Shown: in pieces, positions 1 through 7,487 of the stretch
Position numbering within the stretch: the first letter of the stretch is position 1
Layout of the letters: every line of letters begins with the position of its first letter
NCBI GenBank assembly: GCA_963796105.1
Contig: CAWCKJ010000009.1
Coordinates: 1 to 64,000, forward strand
Direction: 5' to 3'
Origin: a candidate division FCPU426 bacterium
GTDB lineage: Bacteria > Oederibacteriota > Muellerivitia > Muellerivitales > Muellerivitaceae
DNA: 64,000 bases
Program-made: the position numbers and the translations under genes
The notes under the pieces: model-generated
Database searches by the model: none
What the model was told of the DNA's origin: nothing
What the model saw: only the letters and a program-made list of their open reading frames with translations

Positions 1-1857
1 CTGGTGCAGGAAGGCAATGGCCTTGATGATTCCAAGATATTTCTTGTGGTCGCGCCTAGCCCTCAAACTGCTGGCCGGGAAGGTCAGCTTCGGGGCGTAG
101 GGGTTCACCACGGCCAAGGGCTTCAAGAGCCTTTGGGCGTTCTGGTGCTTGGCCGCTATCCGTTCCTGTTCCCGCCGTTTCTTGATGCCTTCCAGGGTTT
201 CCAAGGCCCTCTGGTTCTCAAGTATTCGCTCGGTCATTTCCTTGGACTCGTCAATGGTCAGGGTGATAAACCGGTTTTGGGTTTCGTAGTCCATATCCAC
301 CGCCGTGGTCGTGAGCATCAGGGACACCGGCCCCTTGACCTGGTACTCGGCGGTACGGAGCTTCCCCGTTACCGGGTCTTTCCCGGTCGTGGCAATCGAA
401 AGGGCCTTGGAGCTTTGCAGGTTTCGGATGGAGTACCCCGCTTCCCGCATTCCCCCTTCTTCCTCGATGGCTAAAAGCTTGTGGCACAAACCGCCCTCGG
501 CCTTGTAGAAAAGGGCCTGTCCGGTCAGCCGGGTATATTTCTCGTAGTCCTCCCTGGGCACGAACCGCAAAACCGCGTCTTGCAGGGAAGACTTTCCCGC
601 CGCCGATCTTGATTGAACCAACATGCTCAAGGGGTCGTCCAGCTTCCGGGACACCGCGCACAAATACCCCATGAGCTTGTTGGCTTCCTCCCCCGTCAAC
701 CCGCAAGCCTCGAAATCTTCCAGGATTCGGTCAAGCAACCGGGGGTCTTTCAGGAAGCCCAAGGCCTCCCGCTCCTGCTCCTTGGTCATGGTGAAGGCTG
801 GAACCTTCGGCGCGTCCTCCGGCTCGAACTTTTCCGCCGTCTCGATGAGCTTCCCCAGGTCTTCCTGGATGAGCCCCTCATCCTGCGCGAAACAAACGCC
901 GCAAGCCTTGGCGAACAACACCCGGCCCCGGTGCGAATACAAGTCCACGCTGTCCAGGTAGAACCGTTTGGGCATGTCCGCGCAGAAAGCCTTCACCGTG
1001 ACTTTCAACTTGGTCTTGGACTTCTCCACGCCCTTGACCTCGTAGCGCCTCTCCCCGTACTGGATGGAAAAACCGGATTCGTTCCTCTCAAGGCCCGACG
1101 GTTCCCGCTTCTTCACTTCCTCGGATCGGATGGGCGTCTGGCCGTTGGCTTCCTTCAAGGCCCACTCGATAACGGAAGGTTCCACCGGCAAGGGTGGGAG
1201 CTTCACGGGGTAGGCCGTGACTTCCTCTTCCTTGAGTTGGGCCATGATGTAGGGGCTGGAAAAAGTGACGTAAGCTTCTTTGAGTCCGTGTTGTTGAAAC
1301 AGCCGCAAGTGGTCTTGGGATAACCCCTCGTCGCCCTGCGTCCAAAGCACTTCCTTGAAACCGGCCTGGGAAAGTAAAAGGGCGTCCAGGATGGAGGAAG
1401 TCAAAATCACCGAGCGGCCACGCTTCAAGGCTTGCCAATTCCAAACGCCCGACGCCGCTCCGGGCACCAACACGCCCTCACCGCTTCCGGCCTTGAGGCC
1501 GTACAGTCCCGCGCAGTCGCCCGACTCGGCAAACCACGGGAACACCACGCAACCCGCCAACACTTCCTGGGCCTGTTCGTCCATGAGCCCCAGGGCCTTC
1601 AAGTGTTCGGTCAATTCGGATTCTTCCGGGATCGTGGCAAGCAAGGAACCATTTACCCACCCCGTTTGGAAACCGTCCAGGACGGAAGTTTCCTTCAAGC
1701 CCACCTGGGCCAGGTAGTCCCGGCCCTTGGGGTCTTCCTCAAAGCTCTGGTGGTACAGGGCGGCCACCCGGTTCAAGAGCCTTTGGCGCTGTACCTCCGG
1801 GGCGGTCTTGGCATTGGGCGGGGTGGCCATCTTCATCCTGTTCTGTTTGTAGCTCAA
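1..1857 (-). CDS. Primase-like (degenerate TOPRIM) plus P-loop NTPase protein of Rhs-associated mobile islands; runs off window at its 3' end
   Basis: Hand-translated open frame absent from the ORF track: ...QRLLNRVAALYHQSFEEDPKGRDYL...GCVVFP...SGVWNWQAL...ILTSSILDALLL...GEEANKLMGYLCAVSRKLDDPLSMLVQSRSAAGKSSLQDAVL (Walker A)...LLAIEEE...RARRDHKKYLGIIKAIAFLHQ. Start is TTG 1857 or ATG 1836/1830. Confidence 0.8.
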   Translation of the reverse strand, partial: MSYKQNRMKMATPPNAKTAPEVQRQRLLNRVAALYHQSFEEDPKGRDYLAQVGLKETSVLDGFQTGWVNGSLLATIPEESELTEHLKALGLMDEQAQEVLAGCVVFPWFAESGDCAGLYGLKAGSGEGVLVPGAASGVWNWQALKRGRSVILTSSILDALLLSQAGFKEVLWTQGDEGLSQDHLRLFQQHGLKEAYVTFSSPYIMAQLKEEEVTAYPVKLPPLPVEPSVIEWALKEANGQTPIRSEEVKKREPSGLERNESGFSIQYGERRYEVKGVEKSKTKLKVTVKAFCADMPKRFYLDSVDLYSHRGRVLFAKACGVCFAQDEGLIQEDLGKLIETAEKFEPEDAPKVPAFTMTKEQEREALGFLKDPRLLDRILEDFEACGLTGEEANKLMGYLCAVSRKLDDPLSMLVQSRSAAGKSSLQDAVLRFVPREDYEKYTRLTGQALFYKAEGGLCHKLLAIEEEGGMREAGYSIRNLQSSKALSIATTGKDPVTGKLRTAEYQVKGPVSLMLTTTAVDMDYETQNRFITLTIDESKEMTERILENQRALETLEGIKKRREQERIAAKHQNAQRLLKPLAVVNPYAPKLTFPASSLRARRDHKKYLGIIKAIAFLHQ

Positions 1858-1974
1858 ATCCGCCCCCCAAAAAACTTGTCAAGGGCCTCGTGGCCCGAAT
1901 CCCCTTTTTTCTTCTGTTCAAGAGTAATACATTAGGTGCATCATTTTGTCAATCACCCAATGAAAAGGAGCTTC

Positions 1975-2388
1975 ATGACCTACAATTCCCCTCAAAACCA
2001 CTCCCAGGAGCAACCCTTGCCCCGCGTCAAAGTGCCCGCTCTCCCAGGTTCCGAATCCTTCGGCAAACGCCTTGCCCGCCTGCGGAAAGCCGCCGGGTAT
2101 TCCCAATACTCGCTCGCCGACGCCGTGGGAACATCCCAAAGAATGATCGCCCATTACGAAATCCACGACGGCAACCCGCCCTTGCACGCCTTCTACAAGC
2201 TCTGCAAAGCCCTCAACGTCACCGCCGACCAGTTGTTGGGTTTGGAAAAGGTCAAAGAAGAAAAGAAGGACAACCGCCTGCGGCGGCGTATCGCCCAAAT
2301 CGAGAAGCTACCGGAACCCATCCGCAAAACCGTAGCCCAATACCTCGACACCACCTTGGCCGCCTGGAACGCCAAAGGAAAGCCGTGA
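1975..2388 (+). CDS. XRE-family HTH transcriptional regulator
   Basis: FGKRLARLRKAAGYSQYSLADAVGTSQRMIAHYE...ALNVTADQLLG; AAGGAG SD before ATG 1975; divergent from the primase-like gene. Confidence 0.9.
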   Translation: MTYNSPQNHSQEQPLPRVKVPALPGSESFGKRLARLRKAAGYSQYSLADAVGTSQRMIAHYEIHDGNPPLHAFYKLCKALNVTADQLLGLEKVKEEKKDNRLRRRIAQIEKLPEPIRKTVAQYLDTTLAAWNAKGKP

Positions 2389-2726
2389 AGTTCTTCATCC
2401 CCCATTGCCCGCCCGAAATGGCCGAGGAAGTTTACGAGACCATACGCCCCAACTTCCCCAAACCGCCCACGGCCCGGCGCATCTACCGGCTGGAATACAG
2501 CCGCAACGGGGGAAGTTACGCGGCCCAGGTGGGGGAACCATCAGACGAGTTCGGGGGGGAATTTGTCCTCGCCATCTTTGAATACGGGGACAAAAAGGAC
2601 GGCCTCTACGTGCCCGCTTGCGTGGCCGGGGAAATCCACAAGGGCCAGCCGCGCCTGGCACCTGAGCCCAAGCATCACTTCATCCCAGCGGAAACAGTCA
2701 CCCGTATCTTGGACTTTGAAGGCTAG
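2385..2726 (+). CDS. Hypothetical protein (113 aa) translationally coupled to the XRE gene
   Basis: GTGA start/stop overlap at 2385-2388; protein-like composition (VKFFIPHCPPEMAEEVYE...); 3' part of track ORF 1890..2726. Confidence 0.6.
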   Translation: MKFFIPHCPPEMAEEVYETIRPNFPKPPTARRIYRLEYSRNGGSYAAQVGEPSDEFGGEFVLAIFEYGDKKDGLYVPACVAGEIHKGQPRLAPEPKHHFIPAETVTRILDFEG

Positions 2727-2755
2727 TGGGATTTAACTTTCTTCTCGGACATTAG

Positions 2756-3313
2756 TTAGTCGGTCACCCATACGGTTTTTAATTTTTCGCCCTTCCAGTA
2801 ATAAACCCTTTCGCCGCCCTTGTCGAAGGGGTTAAAAGAAAAACCGGCGCTTGTCATGTCCACCCATTTACCATTTCCCACGTCTTGGATTTTCCCCTGG
2901 GGTTCATACAACAAATACATATCAAGTATGGGAGGGGCAAATACTCTAAAGTCTTGGATCAATTGGACTTCCGGTTTGGCCGTATTCAAACCCAGGACTA
3001 GCACGAAAAACTTGATGCCCGATTCCGGTTTTTTGGAGTCCACCAACAACGCCGCGCAATCAGTGACCGAAGGACACCGAAAGTTTCCAATCACCAATCC
3101 CGGACTTTTCTTGGGATGATTCTTTTTAAAGTATTCTCGGATGTCACCATCCACATTGCTTAATTTCATCACGGTATAACCAGGATATTCGTGGGCCAAC
3201 AAGTCAGTTGCCGTCTTTACAAGCTCGGGGTTATAAGTCAGTGAAACTTCCTGTGAAAAGCCGACGGAAACACAAACAAAAATAAAACCAATAAACCAAA
3301 AAAACCTTTTCAT
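2756..3313 (-). CDS. Exported hypothetical protein, candidate orphan immunity protein
   Basis: Signal peptide MKRFFWFIGFIFVCVSVGFS; GAGGTG SD; AT-rich; downstream of the Rhs gene on the same strand. Confidence 0.7.
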   Translation of the reverse strand: MKRFFWFIGFIFVCVSVGFSQEVSLTYNPELVKTATDLLAHEYPGYTVMKLSNVDGDIREYFKKNHPKKSPGLVIGNFRCPSVTDCAALLVDSKKPESGIKFFVLVLGLNTAKPEVQLIQDFRVFAPPILDMYLLYEPQGKIQDVGNGKWVDMTSAGFSFNPFDKGGERVYYWKGEKLKTVWVTD

Positions 3314-3437
3314 TCTTCACCTCTTCATTACCAAATAAATGCGGACAACATATTGAGGGCTTGGAAGGTCGAGAAGGAAAAGGCTGAACAAAGGAAAAAT
3401 TACCATTTGTTTGCGCTGTTTGATTCTTCAATAGTCG

Positions 3438-3773
3438 TTATTTTTTTATTTTGAACCGTTTTGCAAGAGCGTCAAATGAATTAAGAATTGCGACTGCGGC
3501 TATTGCCACCAAAATCATCCAATAACCTTGATCCAAAAAACCCGCACCAAAAGAATAAGGAATTATTCGAAAGTAAAACAAAAACCAAATCGTTCCCATT
3601 ACCAAGGCCACCAAGGCCAGGAATAAAATCCAAGCTATAAAATAATTTTTGTAGTCTGATTTCTTCGGCCTCAAGAATAATAAGGCACCAACAAAAACCA
3701 CAATTAGCATTACATACAATTCCTGTAACTCACGAGGTGATAAAGGAGTATTACTCAAATTTAACCATTTCAC
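3438..3773 (-). CDS. Small 3-TM membrane protein, candidate cognate Rhs immunity protein
   Basis: Three hydrophobic segments, GGAGG SD, very AT-rich, first gene after the Rhs stop codon. Confidence 0.7.
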   Translation of the reverse strand: MKWLNLSNTPLSPRELQELYVMLIVVFVGALLFLRPKKSDYKNYFIAWILFLALVALVMGTIWFLFYFRIIPYSFGAGFLDQGYWMILVAIAAVAILNSFDALAKRFKIKK

Positions 3774-3812
3774 TAAATTCCTCCAAAAAAGTTAACATCT
3801 CCTAATTTTCAT

Positions 3813-6221
3813 TTATTTTTTACCATGGCAACCACTGTTGGGTGGATTCCCTGTTTGGGGAGTCGGAGCAGTTTGATTATCTTTTATATCTTGTTGAATG
3901 CCTAAAGCTCCTTTCGCAGCACCCGCTAACCCTACAATATTTTTTACTTTTTGCGCATTGGATAAGCCAAGCACATACAAGGTCAAATCTCCCGAATCCA
4001 CAACAAGTGGAATTTCCGGAAGAACAAAGGCACAAGCAAGCCCAACGCAATCGCAAAAAAGTTTTACATCTCCCGGAGTGACAGGGCGATTCCAGTTCGG
4101 GGGTAATTTATTTTTATAAGAACCCCAAAGCCCAAATGGATCAACCCATTGGAATGGGTTATTGTTTACCATTTCATATAAATTATTCCCAGCAAATTCA
4201 GCCAACGGGTCACGGTTCAACCATCTCCCCATATTCGCGTCATAAGCCCTGTACAAAGTCAGCTCGAGGTTGGCCGCCCTCTCCATGTACATCCCGGTAT
4301 ACCCAAAGTCCGTCGTCACCGCCTGACTAAAGACAGCCTGCCTGCCAAAGGCATCGTAATCGTAGCTCGCCTGGACTGTTCCACTACTAGTAGTCATTTC
4401 CCTCACGCTTCCCAGGTGGTCAAGCGTGTAATAATAATTCGTCCCGTTGATTTGCTCCCCATAGTCAAAGAACTGTTTCGTGACCGTGTGCCCTGTGCTG
4501 TCCCTCTCCTGGCATAGCGACGCCCCAATCCAGACAAATGTCTTGCTGGTTAGCACCGTTGAACCGTGGGATTCAACAATTCCCACACGACGGCCATATC
4601 CGTCATAAGAAAAAGTGAGGGTGTCGGGGACAGTGGGGGGAGTGGGGTTGAGGCTTGTCATTCCTACGAGTCTGTTAACAGCGTCCCAGGTATAGTTATA
4701 CGCTTGGGATGCCAATTCATTTCCATTCGCGTCATACTGGTACGGCACCGTATTCAAAACATGGTTTTTCACGATATTCACCGTACCATCACTGGCCACC
4801 TCTGTTACCGTGAGGGGTGTGCTAGTGCCCGTAATGGGCTGGATGGTAGTTGAATATTTGTTATTCGCATCTTCAGTCACCGCCTGGCCATTCACTGTCA
4901 CTGCCGCCGAGCGGCTTGTGGCACCGGTAACACTGATGGGTTTGTCCGTTTCGTTGGTGAGTTGGTTTAGGTTGTTGGTGGCAAAGGTGTGGTCATAAGT
5001 AGGGGTGTGTTCTATCATTCGGTTCCCCGCCGCATCATAACCATAAGTCACCGACTGGTTGGCCGTTAGGCCGTCAAATCCGCTCGTACCAGCGGTCATT
5101 GTCGCAGCTTGGAGTTCGCTATCTGGGTCATAACCCATGGCGTAGGTCTTGGCGTCTGCCGGGTTGTTATCCAATTGCTGTTGCCAGCTTTTGATATCGC
5201 CTTCCGGATTGTAAGTGTAACTGAACTTGGAAAGTGTTTGTCCGCTGGTACCGCCCGCACCGATGTTGGTAATATCCTTCAGGCTTCCAGAAGCTCCCAT
5301 AGGGTTGGATGGATTGAAATAATCCAGGTTCGTCTGCTGGCCATTTGGATAGTTAACTTGGGTAAGCCTGGCCGATTGGGGATCGTAGTTATAGGTGAAA
5401 GCCCCAGAAGGCGACAGAGGATTGGTAACTGTCGCTAATTCCGCGTTTGTATAACCATAAGTCTCGGCCACGCCGTCAATGGACCTATTAATCACACGTC
5501 CATCGGCGTCATAGACATAAGAAATCGCGGCAGAGGCCGCTCCCACAGGCTGTTGAATACTTTCCAGCCTTCCCCCACCCACCTGCCCAAAGGGGTAATA
5601 CTGGTATGTGGAGGTTCCAGTACTGTCCGTCATGTTCGTCAAACGACCCAATTGTGGGTCGTTGTAGGCCAAAGAAACGCTTGGGGTGGCCGCCTTCACG
5701 TTGAAATAATTTACGTTCAGTACCTTGTCATCCGTATCATACTTGTACTGGGTCACTTGCTGGTTGGGGTCCGTCACTTGGAACAACCGCTCGCCAGCCG
5801 AATCATACTGGTAAATGTATTGGCTCCCGTCTTGGTAGGTCTTGCTGATGGCACGTCCTTCCAGATCCCTGTTCCAGGAGGTCTTGTTTCCTTTCGGGTC
5901 GGTTAGGCTTGCCAATGCCCCACAGGCGCACCAGCCATAACCGGTGGATTGCTGTTTGGGGTCGGTCACAGCTGTCAACCTTTGGACTGCGTCGTATTGG
6001 TAGCCGGTCGTGCGGTTCTGCCTGTCCGTGAAGGAGACCAAGTCCAGCTTGGCGTAGGAATAGGTCTCATGCGTCAAATCCGGGAAATCGATTCTCGTTA
6101 CACGATCCCCGTTGTCGTAATGATAAACAAGGGTTCCATTGGCGGCGTCTGACCTGGTATGCGTCCTTCCACAATTGTCATAAGTGTAGGTTACTCCCGC
6201 CCCTGGCTGGGGTGGTACCAC
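3813..6221 (-). CDS. Rhs/YD-repeat core protein with C-terminal toxin tip; N-terminally truncated (orphan or pseudogene-like)
   Basis: Many YD repeats; core signature YYYTLDHLGSVR...YDAFG...FGYTG...RAYD...GRWLNRDP...NPFQWVDPFGL. The frame continues upstream (SYNYDSNGFLTS) with no SD/start, then stops near 6267. Confidence 0.9.
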   Translation of the reverse strand: MVPPQPGAGVTYTYDNCGRTHTRSDAANGTLVYHYDNGDRVTRIDFPDLTHETYSYAKLDLVSFTDRQNRTTGYQYDAVQRLTAVTDPKQQSTGYGWCACGALASLTDPKGNKTSWNRDLEGRAISKTYQDGSQYIYQYDSAGERLFQVTDPNQQVTQYKYDTDDKVLNVNYFNVKAATPSVSLAYNDPQLGRLTNMTDSTGTSTYQYYPFGQVGGGRLESIQQPVGAASAAISYVYDADGRVINRSIDGVAETYGYTNAELATVTNPLSPSGAFTYNYDPQSARLTQVNYPNGQQTNLDYFNPSNPMGASGSLKDITNIGAGGTSGQTLSKFSYTYNPEGDIKSWQQQLDNNPADAKTYAMGYDPDSELQAATMTAGTSGFDGLTANQSVTYGYDAAGNRMIEHTPTYDHTFATNNLNQLTNETDKPISVTGATSRSAAVTVNGQAVTEDANNKYSTTIQPITGTSTPLTVTEVASDGTVNIVKNHVLNTVPYQYDANGNELASQAYNYTWDAVNRLVGMTSLNPTPPTVPDTLTFSYDGYGRRVGIVESHGSTVLTSKTFVWIGASLCQERDSTGHTVTKQFFDYGEQINGTNYYYTLDHLGSVREMTTSSGTVQASYDYDAFGRQAVFSQAVTTDFGYTGMYMERAANLELTLYRAYDANMGRWLNRDPLAEFAGNNLYEMVNNNPFQWVDPFGLWGSYKNKLPPNWNRPVTPGDVKLFCDCVGLACAFVLPEIPLVVDSGDLTLYVLGLSNAQKVKNIVGLAGAAKGALGIQQDIKDNQTAPTPQTGNPPNSGCHGKK

Positions 6222-6364
6222 GGAAGTTAAAAATCCGTTCGAGTCATAGTTGTAAGAACAAAGGGGTCAGGACAACATTTATCACTTTGGATTCATCCCA
6301 AAACCCTATGCCAAAAACAGGCTCTTATTATGCCACCACATCAACAATTAGAAATGAGGAATTA

Positions 6365-6713
6365 GCCCCCCTACGCTATCTACCTTCGCATAAGCTTCGG
6401 TAGACAGGCAGCTTCTGGGGATAGAGAGTGAGGTGTTAGGAATAGACGGCAAAACAATGAAAACCCAGAAACATTAATTTCGCAGAGAGTTTGGAACTCC
6501 AGGATTTGTGCAATTTTATAGAAATGGATTATTTATCCGCCTTCGCCAGAACACCCCGGCTTTAGCCGGGGATGAATGGCTGAAAGAAGGGCTACGGTGG
6601 ATTCCGCATACGTCATGTCGGCGGATACTCGCCGAAGCCGCCTGTCCTCTGAAGCCTCGCGCAAGCGGATGGCGGAGGTGAGTCGATATAGGTACTACGA
6701 GCTTGCCCGTGGG
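6365..6713. repeat. Cluster of nested REP-like and IS200/IS605-like palindromes
   Basis: CTACCTTCGCATAAGCTTCGGTAG inside CCCCCCTACGCT..AGCTTCTGGGG; CCCCGGCTTTAGCCGGGG (6554-6571) inside ATCCGCCTTCGCC..GGCTACGGTGGAT; degenerate CCCACGGGCAAGCTCGTAGTAC on the - strand at 6692-6713. Confidence 0.6.
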
Positions 6714-6898
6714 GCTCCATGAAATTCTGGCCGGTTGGCGCCTGGAACGTCCTTGTACTCGGCCTTCAGCTTTTTCATTCTCGCTGCGTACATTTTCCGG
6801 AGAATCCCCACCTGTTCCCCATTTAATCCCAGTGCCTTGTCAAAACATCAATTTTAAATTCCGAATCACAACGGTCCTAAATAGTCTTTTGCCACAGT

Positions 6899-6976
6899 TG
6901 TACCGATCATCCATAAAAACATTGAGAGATCGGCACGATACCAGCCCCCATAACATCTTTATGGTAGGCTGGCATG
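6899..6976. repeat. Twin-hairpin module B, copy 1
   Basis: TGTACCGAT..CCATAAA..ATCGGCAC-GATACCAG..TTTATGG..CTGGCATG; homologous to 12484-12561 (inverted) and 26546-26626. Confidence 0.8.
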
Positions 6977-7056
6977 CATGGGATACATGGGATAAACCGA
7001 TTTACCTCAGAGACTCGGAGACCCTGCTACCACAAAGCAAAAGGCGAATATCTTTA

Positions 7057-7166
7057 GATCGTGACAAGAGCATAGCTCTTGCGCCGTTGGCGATATGGCC
7101 AAGCCCAAGTGCCTCCGGAAAAATAGTTTTTCCCGGAAGCCGTCGGCTGAGCCATATAACACGATC
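7057..7166 (+). repeat. 110-bp multi-stem module C, copy 1
   Basis: GATCGTG...CACGATC ends with internal hairpins; homologous to 12631-12740 and 13685-13794. Confidence 0.9.
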
Positions 7167-7420
7167 AATAAACAAGCCCTCAATTAAAAATTAGAATTCG
7201 ACGGCCTTTCCCCGGCCAATTTAAGGAGCAGGGGTGTTTTCGCTTTTTGGATCTCATCCCGCCAGTAAAGAAAGTCTTTCATGGGTTATATTTTAACCCA
7301 AGGTGGTTTCCCCCGTTCTCTGACGAATTATATGGAAAAGATTAAAATAAAGGGATTCCGAGCCCGCTTTGATTGCCGTATCTCTTCCTAGGGCATAAAA
7401 TCTTTTCTAAAGACTTAACT

Positions 7421-7470
7421 GGGGTTGCTTCGTCGCAAGCGCCCCGATTGGGGTGGCTTCTCGCAATGAC
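7421..7470. repeat. REP/RPE-like palindrome (TTGCTTCGTCGC...CTCGCAATGAC type)
   Basis: GTTGCTTCGTCGCAAGCGCCCCGATTGGGGTGGCTTCTCGCAATGAC, 17 bp upstream of kdpD. Confidence 0.55.
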
Positions 7471-7487
7471 ACTATTGGTAATTTCTA

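Noticed and set aside
4..1935. + strand ORFs 4..474, 613..1323, 1355..1717, 1432..1935
   Set aside because: Shadows of the long - strand primase-like gene, which has recognisable motifs.
1924..1952. Sigma70 promoter TTGACA-17-TATTAC for the primase-like gene
   Set aside because: The -10 lacks the conserved final T; plausible but too weak to list as a feature.
7057..7166. tRNA interpretation of the cloverleaf-like module
   Set aside because: No TTC T-loop, D-loop GG, 7-nt anticodon loop or CCA; arm lengths do not fit.
6703..7194. 163-aa ORF, plus ORFs 12419..12700 and 13555..13845, the first two sharing peptides such as AWDTWD/WDKPI
   Set aside because: The similarity comes from the non-coding repeat modules; frames and orientation are not conserved between copies.
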